From NCBI GenBank assembly GCA_964643135.1, contig CAZXPC010000001.1, forward strand, positions 39,726 through 103,725: a DNA stretch of 64,000 nt, written 5' to 3'. The translations under genes were made by a program, and so were the position numbers. The DNA is from an uncultured Candidatus Saccharibacteria bacterium. Lineage in GTDB: Bacteria; Patescibacteriota; Minisyncoccia; UBA6257; Colwellbacteraceae. Positions 47,376 to 56,655 of this stretch are shown piece by piece. Each line of letters opens with the position of its first letter. Position 1 is the stretch's first letter. Under the pieces are notes generated by a model. It had not been told where the DNA came from, searched no databases, and saw only the letters and a list, made by a program, of their open reading frames with translations.

Positions 47376-49949
47376 CTAGCTCCGTTTTGTGATGCCGCTA
47401 ATTGTCAGGAACCGGCCGTTGGGGTTGGCTTTGCCGTTCTTGTCAGTCGGCGCGGGTTCATTTTCGTAGCCCATTTTATTGAGTCTTTCTACAAATGCGT
47501 TAGCCAGTTCTTTCTCTTTAATGGTTCGGTAGTTCATTTTATGTTCGCCATTTCTTAAAGCTGATTGGAGTTGGCCCATTTCTTCCGCGTCTAGTTTAGC
47601 CAAGCCAGCTTCTCTATATTCTTCGGGGCTGACTTTTAGCCCAGCCATCAATAACTGTTCGGCGGTAGGCGCCGGTTCTGGCTGTGGCTCAGGTTCAGGT
47701 GCAGGAGGAGCGGGTGCTGGAGCTGGTTCGGGAGCGGCCGGAGTGGGTTCGGGGATCGGGGCGGGCTCCTTACTAATATTGGTTATGAATTTCTTGTCGT
47801 CCCGTTCTTTAACTTCGAAACTATTATAGCCCATCTTCTGGAGCATGCCTTTGGCGTCGGCGTTAGAGGTTGCTGCGCGAACCTTTTCTCCGGTCAGCCA
47901 GTCTACTTCGTCCGGATCTTCGGCAAGGTTTTCATTAAATGATTTTGCCGCGATAGCCTTAAATAATATATTCAATGACTTGCCCGGCAGTTGCGGCAAC
48001 TTTTCTGCTACCGTTTTCTCTAGCGTTATTCCTAACTTATCCGCTATTTTTGAGCTGATTCTGTTCCAGGCGATGTTTGAGTCCAGTCTTTCGAGGTCGG
48101 AAATTTCTTCAGCCGTTAAGCCTATCTCGGCGGCTCGGCGGCGCATAATTTCCTTGAAAGACATATCTGATTTTTCGTATTCAAAATCTCGGATCATCTG
48201 CCTTCGGATATCCTCCATGGTGTAATCTTTTAATTCCACATCATCAGGGAATAGTTTATGGATGTCTTCCGTGCCTTTCATCTCCAGGGCGTCCAGGAGC
48301 CTGATATAATTTTCTCGGTAATTAATTTTGCCCGTTTCGCGCCAGTTTTTTGACCGGCCGAGCAGCATGACTCCTCTAACGGGGATAACCTTGATAAGAT
48401 CCGGCGGCAGTTTTAACTCTTCAACCCGCCTCGCGATATCGGTCAGGTCTCGGTTGGTTTGAATGAAGAAGCTATTTTGAGAAGGGTAATATCTGATCAA
48501 AGTATCGTACCCGTAAGCCTTGAGGGCCTCGTTATGAATGTCGGGCAGGTCCAGTCTCCGGCCGCCCCGCACTTTCCGGTAACTGACCCAGTCGATTAAA
48601 GTTTTGCCCCACTTCGGGTGGTCGATCGGCCGGCCTAGGTCGCCTTCTTTTGCCATAGCCTCGACGGCATGCTGAATATTATTTTTAGACCGCTCGGTAT
48701 TTTCTTTCACCAGTTCCGTGGCCTCATAGATATTATTCAACCTATGTTTTTGTGGAACTTCAAACATCTTTTTCTCTCCGCTGCTCGTGGTGAATTCTTT
48801 CATGACCCATTTCCGGGCGGTAAAAGACAGGGCCGCGTTTTTAGTGTAGGTTTCGTCGAGCGGTTGTCTCGGGTCAAAATCGGGTCCGCCTTCTTGGAAG
48901 ATCTTCATAATTTCTTGGTAGGGGATAATCCGGTAAAGACCATAGAGAGTTTTTGACCAGTCTCCGGCATAGAATTCCGGGGTTATTTCATAATCCAAGT
49001 TGTCGATTTGGGTTACAAATTTAACCAGGTTTCTTTCCCATGGTTCGAGTTCGGTTTGCGAGAGCAGGTCGGTTGCTTCTAAGCTTTCCAATATTACCTG
49101 GGAGGCCGAGGTTGAGGGGCCCTTTTCCTTCTGGTGGTGGTCGGCGAAAAGGCTCCCGTCTTTTTCGAGAGTTAAGCCGGCTGGCCGCCCGCCGGTATCG
49201 ATATTAAATTCGCCCTTCAACCAATTGCCCTTTTTAACCAAGACGATTTCCAAAATTGTGTCCGGAGAATATTTTCTGATTGCTTTTTCCAGCAAATAGG
49301 CCGCGAAATTAGCGTCAAGATCGGGCGTTTGGTGCAGCACGATCTTCTTTAATTTGCCTCCTTTAATAAGATCAATAAGTTTTTGCTTAGCAGCTTCGGA
49401 AGACTCAGATTCTGATCTGGGTTCGTCTCCGGCGAGGCCGTCGGTATGAGTTATTCTATATTTTGCTTCGTCATTGAAACGAGCCTCGGTGCGTTCTTGG
49501 TTTTCCTTTTTCTCTTCTTCAGGATCGATAATGTCTTCCACTTCCGGTTCGTCTTCTGCGGGGACTTCAGCCCGCCCGGGGCCGAGGTTTCTCCTTGCGT
49601 CTATTTCAGCCCACTTAGTTTTATAGTCATTAGGGAAAAGTATCAGAGCCCGGATCTTGTCTCCGATCCAAGCGTTTTCTTGGTATAGCCTTTGCCTTTT
49701 TTCCCGGGTGGACCAGTTGGCTTCGAGCCAGGCCTCGAGTTCACTTTGCGTATGCCCTGACCGATTGGTTTTCACGCCTGCTTCTAAATCTTTTTGAGCC
49801 ATGGCCGACTTAAAATAAGCCGCGCCCATTTGTTCCCAGCTTATATCAGCTTTGAGGTTAAGCGCATAGATAGCAGCCCACCTTTCTTTTTCTTTTTCGC
49901 GGTCGGGCCTTTGCTCAGCGCGCGTTGTGGGGCTAGGGTGTCTTTCCAT
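47376..49949 (-). CDS. large charged protein with DHH/MYG1-like core and Pro-rich linker
   Basis: IVLH..PDLDA, IDTGG, ADHH, SAS motifs; PAPEP-type linker near the C-terminus. Confidence 0.65.
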   Translation of the reverse strand: MERHPSPTTRAEQRPDREKEKERWAAIYALNLKADISWEQMGAAYFKSAMAQKDLEAGVKTNRSGHTQSELEAWLEANWSTREKRQRLYQENAWIGDKIRALILFPNDYKTKWAEIDARRNLGPGRAEVPAEDEPEVEDIIDPEEEKKENQERTEARFNDEAKYRITHTDGLAGDEPRSESESSEAAKQKLIDLIKGGKLKKIVLHQTPDLDANFAAYLLEKAIRKYSPDTILEIVLVKKGNWLKGEFNIDTGGRPAGLTLEKDGSLFADHHQKEKGPSTSASQVILESLEATDLLSQTELEPWERNLVKFVTQIDNLDYEITPEFYAGDWSKTLYGLYRIIPYQEIMKIFQEGGPDFDPRQPLDETYTKNAALSFTARKWVMKEFTTSSGEKKMFEVPQKHRLNNIYEATELVKENTERSKNNIQHAVEAMAKEGDLGRPIDHPKWGKTLIDWVSYRKVRGGRRLDLPDIHNEALKAYGYDTLIRYYPSQNSFFIQTNRDLTDIARRVEELKLPPDLIKVIPVRGVMLLGRSKNWRETGKINYRENYIRLLDALEMKGTEDIHKLFPDDVELKDYTMEDIRRQMIRDFEYEKSDMSFKEIMRRRAAEIGLTAEEISDLERLDSNIAWNRISSKIADKLGITLEKTVAEKLPQLPGKSLNILFKAIAAKSFNENLAEDPDEVDWLTGEKVRAATSNADAKGMLQKMGYNSFEVKERDDKKFITNISKEPAPIPEPTPAAPEPAPAPAPPAPEPEPQPEPAPTAEQLLMAGLKVSPEEYREAGLAKLDAEEMGQLQSALRNGEHKMNYRTIKEKELANAFVERLNKMGYENEPAPTDKNGKANPNGRFLTISGITKRS

Positions 49950-51499
49950 TATTTCTTGCTTACTAAGTCTACGGCTTCGGCTAGCGTTGTGAGGTCGGCT
50001 GATCGGTCAAAGCCCAAGTCTTCCGCAACGTTTTTAGTCAGTTCTTCGAGTTGAATGTTTTTGTCCACTTCGCTGAAGTCTTTTTCCAAAACCTCCTTTT
50101 TATCTGCCAGCCTTTCTTCGGTCTCCGCGGCCTGGTGAACTTTCTGCGATTCCGAGACAACATCTTTAGGCTTGGCGTCAGGATAGCCCTCGCCGGTTGC
50201 AACCTTTTTGACGCTCTCTTTGACCTTAGTCCAGAAAGTTTTTTCGCCGCTGTCTTTGTACGAAGCGCCCTTAATCAGTCTGTGAAGCCTAAGGACTTTC
50301 ACAATGTGTTCATCTTTCATGCCCTTCTTAATAACGCCGGTGTCGATCAGCTTCTTATAGAGTTTGTAATATTTCTTTCTGTAAGCGTCGATCACGTCGG
50401 CCGGTTTCTTGTCTCTCGCTAAGCCGAATTTTTCCAGCTCTTTAGCCAGAATATCCTGAAAAATAGTTTTGTCGTCAGTAGTGGAGTATTCGAAACGGTC
50501 GGCGTCTTCTAAGTGTCCTTCTGTTGCGTGTCCTTCTGTGTGTCCGGTTCCGGCGCCATGGGCTTCAGTAGAGGCGCCGCCGCGGGCGTTGTTTTCGGCG
50601 GTTGCGTTTTGGCTAGGTTGATTTTGCGTTCTGGCGGTCGACAGATCCATTTCGGACGTGGCTCTAACTCCGCCTTCCTCCAATCTTTCCCTATTAGCTT
50701 CGGCACCGGCATTGACTTCCGGAGCGCCGGCTGCGTGGCTTTCAGCCTTAATGTCGCCGATTTTGCCCTTTGCTTTCAACTCGAATATCTGCTTCAGAGT
50801 TGTTTCAGGCGGGAGATTGTACTGGGCAATAATTTGTCGTTTAAGAAGCTCGATTCGGTCTTTCTGGTCGCGGATATCAAGATTCCGATCTTTAACGATG
50901 CCTTCCACCTTGGCCGCTTCAGCGGTTTTATTAAACATCGCCATAGCATCGGCGACGTCCGGATTTTCCATGCTGATTTCACGGGCGAATTGAAGCGCTT
51001 TTTCTTTTCTATCGCGGCCCATCTGTTCCTGGTCTTTGTAGAAGCCGGGCTCGTTCATAGCCTCAAAAGCCGGGCCTTGCAGCCTCTCAAGTTCCATTTC
51101 CTCACGTTCTTTGGCCGGGTCGGTTACCGGTATATCGACATTTCTAAAAGCGGTTCCAACTTTGTTATCCAGCTCTCTTTGTTTCTTTTCTGCCGCCATT
51201 TCTTCGCGCTCTTTAACCGCTCTGGCTTCGTCGTTGATTTCTTCCTGTCTTTGGTTCGCCTTTTTATATGCGCCCACAGAAAAGGCCTCGGTGTTAGCAT
51301 CACCCGGGTTAAACTCCAGTTCCTTCTCTCCTTTCTCCTTGTTTTTCTTATTGGCTTCACGAGCCTCCTTGATCAATGTCTCTTTCGCCAATTCCTCAAC
51401 AGTAATTCTGGCCGCTTCTTTGGCAGCCTCTCTAACCTGAGCGTTCTCATCCGTGTCATTAAGGTCCGGGACTCTTATGTTTTCAAATGATTTTGACAT
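49949..51499 (-). CDS. Glu/Lys-rich helical hypothetical protein
   Basis: 516-aa ORF; N-terminus homologous to 51516-52007. Confidence 0.75.
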   Translation of the reverse strand: MSKSFENIRVPDLNDTDENAQVREAAKEAARITVEELAKETLIKEAREANKKNKEKGEKELEFNPGDANTEAFSVGAYKKANQRQEEINDEARAVKEREEMAAEKKQRELDNKVGTAFRNVDIPVTDPAKEREEMELERLQGPAFEAMNEPGFYKDQEQMGRDRKEKALQFAREISMENPDVADAMAMFNKTAEAAKVEGIVKDRNLDIRDQKDRIELLKRQIIAQYNLPPETTLKQIFELKAKGKIGDIKAESHAAGAPEVNAGAEANRERLEEGGVRATSEMDLSTARTQNQPSQNATAENNARGGASTEAHGAGTGHTEGHATEGHLEDADRFEYSTTDDKTIFQDILAKELEKFGLARDKKPADVIDAYRKKYYKLYKKLIDTGVIKKGMKDEHIVKVLRLHRLIKGASYKDSGEKTFWTKVKESVKKVATGEGYPDAKPKDVVSESQKVHQAAETEERLADKKEVLEKDFSEVDKNIQLEELTKNVAEDLGFDRSADLTTLAEAVDLVSKK

Positions 51500-51515
51500 G
51501 GGTTTGGGTTATTGG

Positions 51516-52007
51516 TTATTCTCCAAATGCTATTTTTTTCAGACTTCTTAATGTTTCCAAATCATTGACGTCATTCGCATGATTTATTTCCTTCATCAAA
51601 TCATCGCGTTTGGCCTTTTGGGCTGGGTTGTATGTTCGGAGATCCGGATGAAAAGTTTTGGCCAGTAGCCTATAAATCATCGTTTGTTCTTTCGGCTTGG
51701 GCTGTCTCTTTAAGCTCGAATCAGGTGCGGGGTCTTCTTGCCTGGCGCCCTTGGCCTCGGCGAGTAGTTTCTCGATCATTTCGTCTTCTTCCCTTTCCTT
51801 TTTTTCAGACTCGGCTTTTGTTCTGGCCGCTTCCGCTCGCGCTGATTCAGTTTCTATATATTTCGCATATAATTCGTCGGTTAGGATCTTTTTTGATAGT
51901 TCTTCAGTGGTAATCTTCGCGGCTTCTTTGGCCGCATCTTCAACCTGAACTTCGGCATCATCATCTTCAAGATTCGGCATCTTGAAATTCTCAATTGATT
52001 TGGACAT
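51516..52007 (-). CDS. protein with C-terminal J-domain-like motif
   Basis: IYRLLAKTFHPD...LMKEINHA. Confidence 0.7.
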   Translation of the reverse strand: MSKSIENFKMPNLEDDDAEVQVEDAAKEAAKITTEELSKKILTDELYAKYIETESARAEAARTKAESEKKEREEDEMIEKLLAEAKGARQEDPAPDSSLKRQPKPKEQTMIYRLLAKTFHPDLRTYNPAQKAKRDDLMKEINHANDVNDLETLRSLKKIAFGE

Positions 52008-52155
52008 GTTCTGGTCTTTTAGTTGGTTTTTATTATACCACGTTGACCTTTATTTAATTGAGGGAATAATACCACGTGAGCCAATATCTTGTCAAGGGCT
52101 GGTTATAGAGATAAAAAAAAGAGCGCCTAGGGGTTTGGTTGACCCACAGAGACGC

Positions 52156-52722
52156 TTAGTTGGCTGCCGCATCCTGGCTGCCGAGGATGCCGATCTTATC
52201 GGGATCGCGCACTCGCCGGCCGGGCGTAACGACCGCCACGACTCCGCTTTCCCGGTTCATGCAGATCGCTCCGTTCTGGACCACGTCAACCATGACTCCG
52301 TCGGGGCATTTCTCATGGGTGAAATCCGAGAGAATGATGCCTTCAGGAGTGTTGATGTGGTCGAGCCTGCCTACGGTCCATTCCTGAGCGTTGGTTTGCT
52401 TCTTCAGATCAGGCTCAGCGCCTCTCGCGAGACACATGTAGGTGACGATGGTCATCTTGCGCTTGCCGTCATCGGTAGTTACGACGTACCTTTGACCGAA
52501 CTCGTAGAGGGGGAAGACGATGAGTCCGGTTTGGCAGAGAACTCCGTTCACAACTGCGTCGCGCAGGCTGCCTTCGTCGCCGGATTCTGAGCGGCCTCCC
52601 GGCAAGAATCCCTTGCCTTCCTTGTCGAGCGTCAAGATAAGCCCGATGTTGGCATCATCATCCTTGCGAGCGGGAATGTAGGCAAGGCAGGCGAAGTAAG
52701 ATTCGGTTTGGTTAATCTTCAT
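52156..52722 (-). CDS. NUDIX-fold-like orphan with degenerate Nudix box
   Basis: FLPGGRSESGDE.SL.DAV.NGVLCQTGL; GGAGG upstream; hairpin plus T8 after the stop. Confidence 0.55.
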   Translation of the reverse strand: MKINQTESYFACLAYIPARKDDDANIGLILTLDKEGKGFLPGGRSESGDEGSLRDAVVNGVLCQTGLIVFPLYEFGQRYVVTTDDGKRKMTIVTYMCLARGAEPDLKKQTNAQEWTVGRLDHINTPEGIILSDFTHEKCPDGVMVDVVQNGAICMNRESGVVAVVTPGRRVRDPDKIGILGSQDAAAN

Positions 52723-52829
52723 GCAATACCTCCGGATCTGTTTTTAGCCTCGCCCATAACATGGATAATGTCAACGATTTTATTTTGACACTCACTTTTT
52801 AATCGACTACTATTACTGATACTAATCAC

Positions 52830-53837
52830 ATGCTTACTCGAAGAATCGGAATCGACCTAGGAACGACCAACACGGTTGTTTTTGTTCCGAAAAGGGGATT
52901 CATTATTAATGAACCGACCATCGTGGCCTTGAATTTGCCGGATAATTCCGTGCTAGCCGTCGGCAAAAATGCCAAAGAAATGATCGGCCGCACGCCCGGC
53001 GATATCGGCGCTTATCGGCCGCTTAAAGACGGCGTCGTAGCTGACTATTACATTACCCGCGCGATGCTCAAGTATTTTATTGGCAATGCCGTGGGCCGTT
53101 TTAGCTTCTTCAAGCCGGACGTTGTTATTTCCGTGCCCGCCGGGATTACCGCGACTGAAAGGCGAGCTGTTGTCAACGCCGCGCGTGAAGCCGGAGCTAA
53201 AAATGCCTACGTTGTCCGCGAACCGCTTTTGGCCGCGCTCGGCGCCGGTATCGCGATCAACTCCAGTTCCGGTAACATGATCATCAATATCGGCGGCGGA
53301 ACGTCGGAAGTCGCCGTGATATCTTTGGGTGGCGTGGTGCGCTGGTCTTCTTTGCGCGTAGCCGGCAACAAATTTGATGAAGCGATTATAAGTTTTGTGA
53401 AACGCAAATATTCAATCTCGATTGGCGAACAAACTGCCGAAGCTATTAAAATTGCGGTGGGTTCGGCCTTGCCGTTAAAAAATAAATTAGAATTTCAGTT
53501 TAGAGGTCGTGATTTAATTTCTGGATTACCCAAAGACATGACGATCAACTCGAACGAAGTAGCTGAGGCGCTGAATCCGTTGCTGATGGATATCGTTGCT
53601 TCAGTGCAGGGAGTTTTTAACGAAACCCCGCCCGAGCTCGTGGCTGACGTTATGGAAAAGGGGATTATCATTTCCGGCGGCTCAGGACAATTGAGAAACT
53701 TGGACGAATTCTTTAAACGCCTACTCGGAGTGCAAACCTACATCGCCGAAGACCCGATCCTCTGCGTGGCGAAGGGATCAGGGGTGATATTGGAACATTT
53801 AGACACCTATAAGAGGGCTTTGCTTAATAAGAACTAA
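52830..53837 (+). CDS. mreB: rod shape-determining protein MreB family
   Basis: IGIDLGT.NT, RPLKDGV.AD, IGGGT.EVA, IGEQTAE.IK. Confidence 0.95.
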   Translation: MLTRRIGIDLGTTNTVVFVPKRGFIINEPTIVALNLPDNSVLAVGKNAKEMIGRTPGDIGAYRPLKDGVVADYYITRAMLKYFIGNAVGRFSFFKPDVVISVPAGITATERRAVVNAAREAGAKNAYVVREPLLAALGAGIAINSSSGNMIINIGGGTSEVAVISLGGVVRWSSLRVAGNKFDEAIISFVKRKYSISIGEQTAEAIKIAVGSALPLKNKLEFQFRGRDLISGLPKDMTINSNEVAEALNPLLMDIVASVQGVFNETPPELVADVMEKGIIISGGSGQLRNLDEFFKRLLGVQTYIAEDPILCVAKGSGVILEHLDTYKRALLNKN

Positions 53838-53897
53838 ATTTGACGTTTTTATTCGAATACCCTAAACTTATCGTCTACAAACTAATCACATAAATCC

Positions 53898-54089
53898 ATG
53901 GGAGGAGTACCGATAAAACACCACACCAAAGGCAAAGTTGGGCGCCGACGCAGCCAGCTCGCTAGAAAGCCGATCAATGTTTCGCGCTGCATGAATTGTA
54001 ATTCGCCGAAAGTTGGCCACACTGCTTGCCCTAACTGCGGATATTACATGTCTGCCACGGCCCGCAAGAAGGCTGCCAAGAAATCTTAG
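53898..54089 (+). CDS. rpmF: 50S ribosomal protein L32
   Basis: VP....RRR, CMNC..H.ACPNCG.Y. Confidence 0.9.
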   Translation: MGGVPIKHHTKGKVGRRRSQLARKPINVSRCMNCNSPKVGHTACPNCGYYMSATARKKAAKKS

Positions 54090-54123
54090 TATTCTTAAGT
54101 TCGCGTGCTAAACTAAATAAGTT

Positions 54124-54561
54124 ATGGCAACACGTCAATTGGGAAGAGCCCTTGTCCTGCAATCTCTCTATGAGTGGGATTTTTACGGTCGCAAGAAAAA
54201 TCTGCACGAAATAGTGTTGCGCGACATTAAAGAGTTTGCTCCGGGCTTTACCGGCATGGAATTCGTTGAGAAGCTTTCCAAAGGCGTCCAGGAGAAAATT
54301 GCGGAGATCGACCAGATCATCGAACGCTCTGCTCCAGATTGGCCAATTGTCAAACTCCCGCTTGTGGATAGAAATGTTTTACGCATTGGTTTATACGAAT
54401 TGCTCTTCGCCGACCGCGCCGAAGTGCCGCCTCGGGTCGCGATCAACGAGGCGATCGAACTGGCTAAAATTTATGGCGGAGAAAATTCCGGCAAGTTCAT
54501 TAACGGGGTGATGGGCACAGTTTATAAAGAAATAGGAGAGCCGGATAAAGCCACCGAATAA
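54124..54561 (+). CDS. nusB: transcription antitermination factor NusB
   Basis: [24 protein letters not shown]. Confidence 0.96.
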   Translation: MATRQLGRALVLQSLYEWDFYGRKKNLHEIVLRDIKEFAPGFTGMEFVEKLSKGVQEKIAEIDQIIERSAPDWPIVKLPLVDRNVLRIGLYELLFADRAEVPPRVAINEAIELAKIYGGENSGKFINGVMGTVYKEIGEPDKATE

Positions 54562-55247
54562 TGGATCTGAAAAATATTGAGAAGAAAATAGGATATAAGT
54601 TCAAGAATCAAGACTTATTGAAAGAAGCGATTACTCACCGATCTTACCTGAACGAAAAGCCCAATTGGGGAGTTAATCACAACGAGCGGCTGGAATTTTT
54701 GGGCGATGCAGTTTTGGAGCTTATCATTACCGATAATTTATTTAAGAAATTCCCCAAGGAGGAAGAGGGCCAGCTTACTTTATATCGTTCGGCACTTGTA
54801 AATTCTAAGATGCTTGGCGCAGTGGCGAGTCAAGTTGGTTTAACCGAGGAAGTTTTGATGTCGCGCGGCGAAGCGCAGGAATCAGCCAAGAATAGATCTA
54901 AGGACAAGCTGGCGGCCAACGCGATCGAAGCCTTGATCGGCGCTATTTATTTAGACAAGGACTACGAAGCGGCGAAGCATTTTATCGATATTTTTGTCAT
55001 GCCGCACTTGTCTGAAGTCGAGAAGTTGGGCGGCAAAGACGCTAAAAGCACGGTTCAAGAACTGGCTCAAAGTGAGAACAAGACAACCCCAACTTATAAA
55101 GTTTTGGAAGAAAGCGGCCCGGCCCATGACCGGATATTTACGGTCGGGCTTTATTTTGGCAGCGACATGAAGGCCAAAGGCTCGGGCAAATCGAAACAGG
55201 AAGCGGAGCTGGTGGCCGCGGAAACTTGGCTCGCAAACAAAAAATAA
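54561..55247 (+). CDS. rnc: ribonuclease III
   Basis: NERLEFLGDAVL, EALIGAIYLD, dsRBD SKQEAE. Confidence 0.97.
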   Translation: MDLKNIEKKIGYKFKNQDLLKEAITHRSYLNEKPNWGVNHNERLEFLGDAVLELIITDNLFKKFPKEEEGQLTLYRSALVNSKMLGAVASQVGLTEEVLMSRGEAQESAKNRSKDKLAANAIEALIGAIYLDKDYEAAKHFIDIFVMPHLSEVEKLGGKDAKSTVQELAQSENKTTPTYKVLEESGPAHDRIFTVGLYFGSDMKAKGSGKSKQEAELVAAETWLANKK

Positions 55248-55548
55248 CCCCACCTCCGAACTCGCTTCCACTCCTCGCCCGCCCTCATCCCATTCCGGGA
55301 AACACAATAAATCTCTGCTGAGATTTTTGTTTTTGCTCACCCGTCTACACGGGCTTGCGCAGATTCCCTTCATGGAACAAGGTCGGGCTTAGCATAGCCT
55401 AGCTTGAGTCTGTTCCGTTGAGGAGCCTCTCGCAGCCGTTCAATGCGGCGAGAAGAAGAAATTTCAGCAGAAATTATCTGTGGTGACGAAATGGAATAGC
55501 GAAAGCGAGGCTGTGCTTCTGAGGGGTAGATCGGATTTCGGAGGCGGG
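55248..55548. repeat. ~300-bp imperfect palindrome downstream of rnc
   Basis: CCCACCTCCGAA/TTCGGAGGCGGG, CTCGCTT/AAGCGAG, AATCTCTGCTGAGATTT/AAATTTCAGCAGAAATT, GGAACA/TGTTCC nested. Confidence 0.7.
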
Positions 55549-55595
55549 ACAATTTGTTTTTCAAATTTAGCGATATTTGTGATATAGTGGAGTAA

Positions 55596-56339
55596 ATGAA
55601 GAAAATAGTTATTTTTTCTTTCCTTTTGCCGATCATCGCTTTCGTTTTTCTTTTTGTATTTAAAAATTATTTGCCGATTACCGGCGCAGCAGTTGAGCCG
55701 AATGTTTTGCATGGCTGGCTTTGGTCATCTAATATCGGTTGGATTAGCTTGAATTGCGATCACACTAACGACGGCACTAATCCCGCATATACTGAGTGCG
55801 GGTCAAGCGGCAACCCGCCGCAATATCAAGTCACACTCAATCCGTTCAGCGGAGCCTTTAGCGGTTATGCCTGGAATGGCAACGGCCCGGGTGCGAGAGC
55901 AGGGATTGGTTGGATACGCTTTGATCCACCGGGACCGTATCCGGAAAATCCTCAAATACCGGCGACTCTTAAGCAACTCGCGTCTGGGCGTTTCCAGGTA
56001 CAAGGCTGGGCTCGCGCCTGCGCTCCGGCGCAAGACCCGGTGGCCTGCTCAGGTTATGCCAATCCGGTTTCGCAAAACACCGGCGGGTGGGATGGCTGGA
56101 TAAAACTCTCCGGCTCGACGACCGATTGTCCGGCGCTCAAAGACTATAGCCCTAATCCGCCCGGCAAACCCTATGAAACGTGTCTTACTGCTGACGGCAA
56201 AAAACTTGAGGGCTGGGCGTGGGGAGGGGATACTATCGGCTGGATCGAATTCGACCCGAGTTTGAATTCGGTAGCCGTGCCGGTCGGATCAAGCCATATT
56301 TGCGAGGTCCGGCCAGGCTCAACCAAGTGTGCGAAATAA
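55596..56339 (+). CDS. exported protein with G(W/Y)AW....GWI repeats
   Basis: GWLWSSNIGWI, GYAW..GWI, GWDGWI, GWAWGGDTIGWI; paired Cys. Confidence 0.75.
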   Translation: MKKIVIFSFLLPIIAFVFLFVFKNYLPITGAAVEPNVLHGWLWSSNIGWISLNCDHTNDGTNPAYTECGSSGNPPQYQVTLNPFSGAFSGYAWNGNGPGARAGIGWIRFDPPGPYPENPQIPATLKQLASGRFQVQGWARACAPAQDPVACSGYANPVSQNTGGWDGWIKLSGSTTDCPALKDYSPNPPGKPYETCLTADGKKLEGWAWGGDTIGWIEFDPSLNSVAVPVGSSHICEVRPGSTKCAK

Positions 56340-56342
56340 ACC

Positions 56343-56645
56343 ATGACCACTAAGCAAACATTAATTTACTTGGGTCTAGGATTTGCTATAATTTTAGCGA
56401 TCATCTTCGGTATTTATTTCTATATTCATAACAATCCTGCTAACAACGGCGGGTCGACCCAGAATGGCCAGACCCTAACTAAGGAAGAACAAGAAGAATT
56501 ACTAAAAAGCATTACGGGTACCGCGCCCGGTACCGCCCCGCCAGGTACAGGCTCAACGGGCATTCAGACATCGCCGCCGACAGCCCCGAGCCCAACCCCA
56601 GAAGATTACACCAGGTACAATAGCAAAACCGGAAGGACAAAATAA
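56343..56645 (+). CDS. small membrane-anchored Pro/Thr-rich protein
   Basis: N-terminal TM, low-complexity tail. Confidence 0.6.
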   Translation: MTTKQTLIYLGLGFAIILAIIFGIYFYIHNNPANNGGSTQNGQTLTKEEQEELLKSITGTAPGTAPPGTGSTGIQTSPPTAPSPTPEDYTRYNSKTGRTK

Positions 56646-56655
56646 AAAAAAGAAA

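Noticed and set aside
47665-47770. GC-rich repetitive stretch as a DNA repeat element
   Set aside because: Explained by the encoded Pro/Ala/Glu linker
50513-51490. 325-aa plus-strand ORF
   Set aside because: Phe/Leu/Ser-rich mirror of the Glu/Lys-rich minus-strand gene
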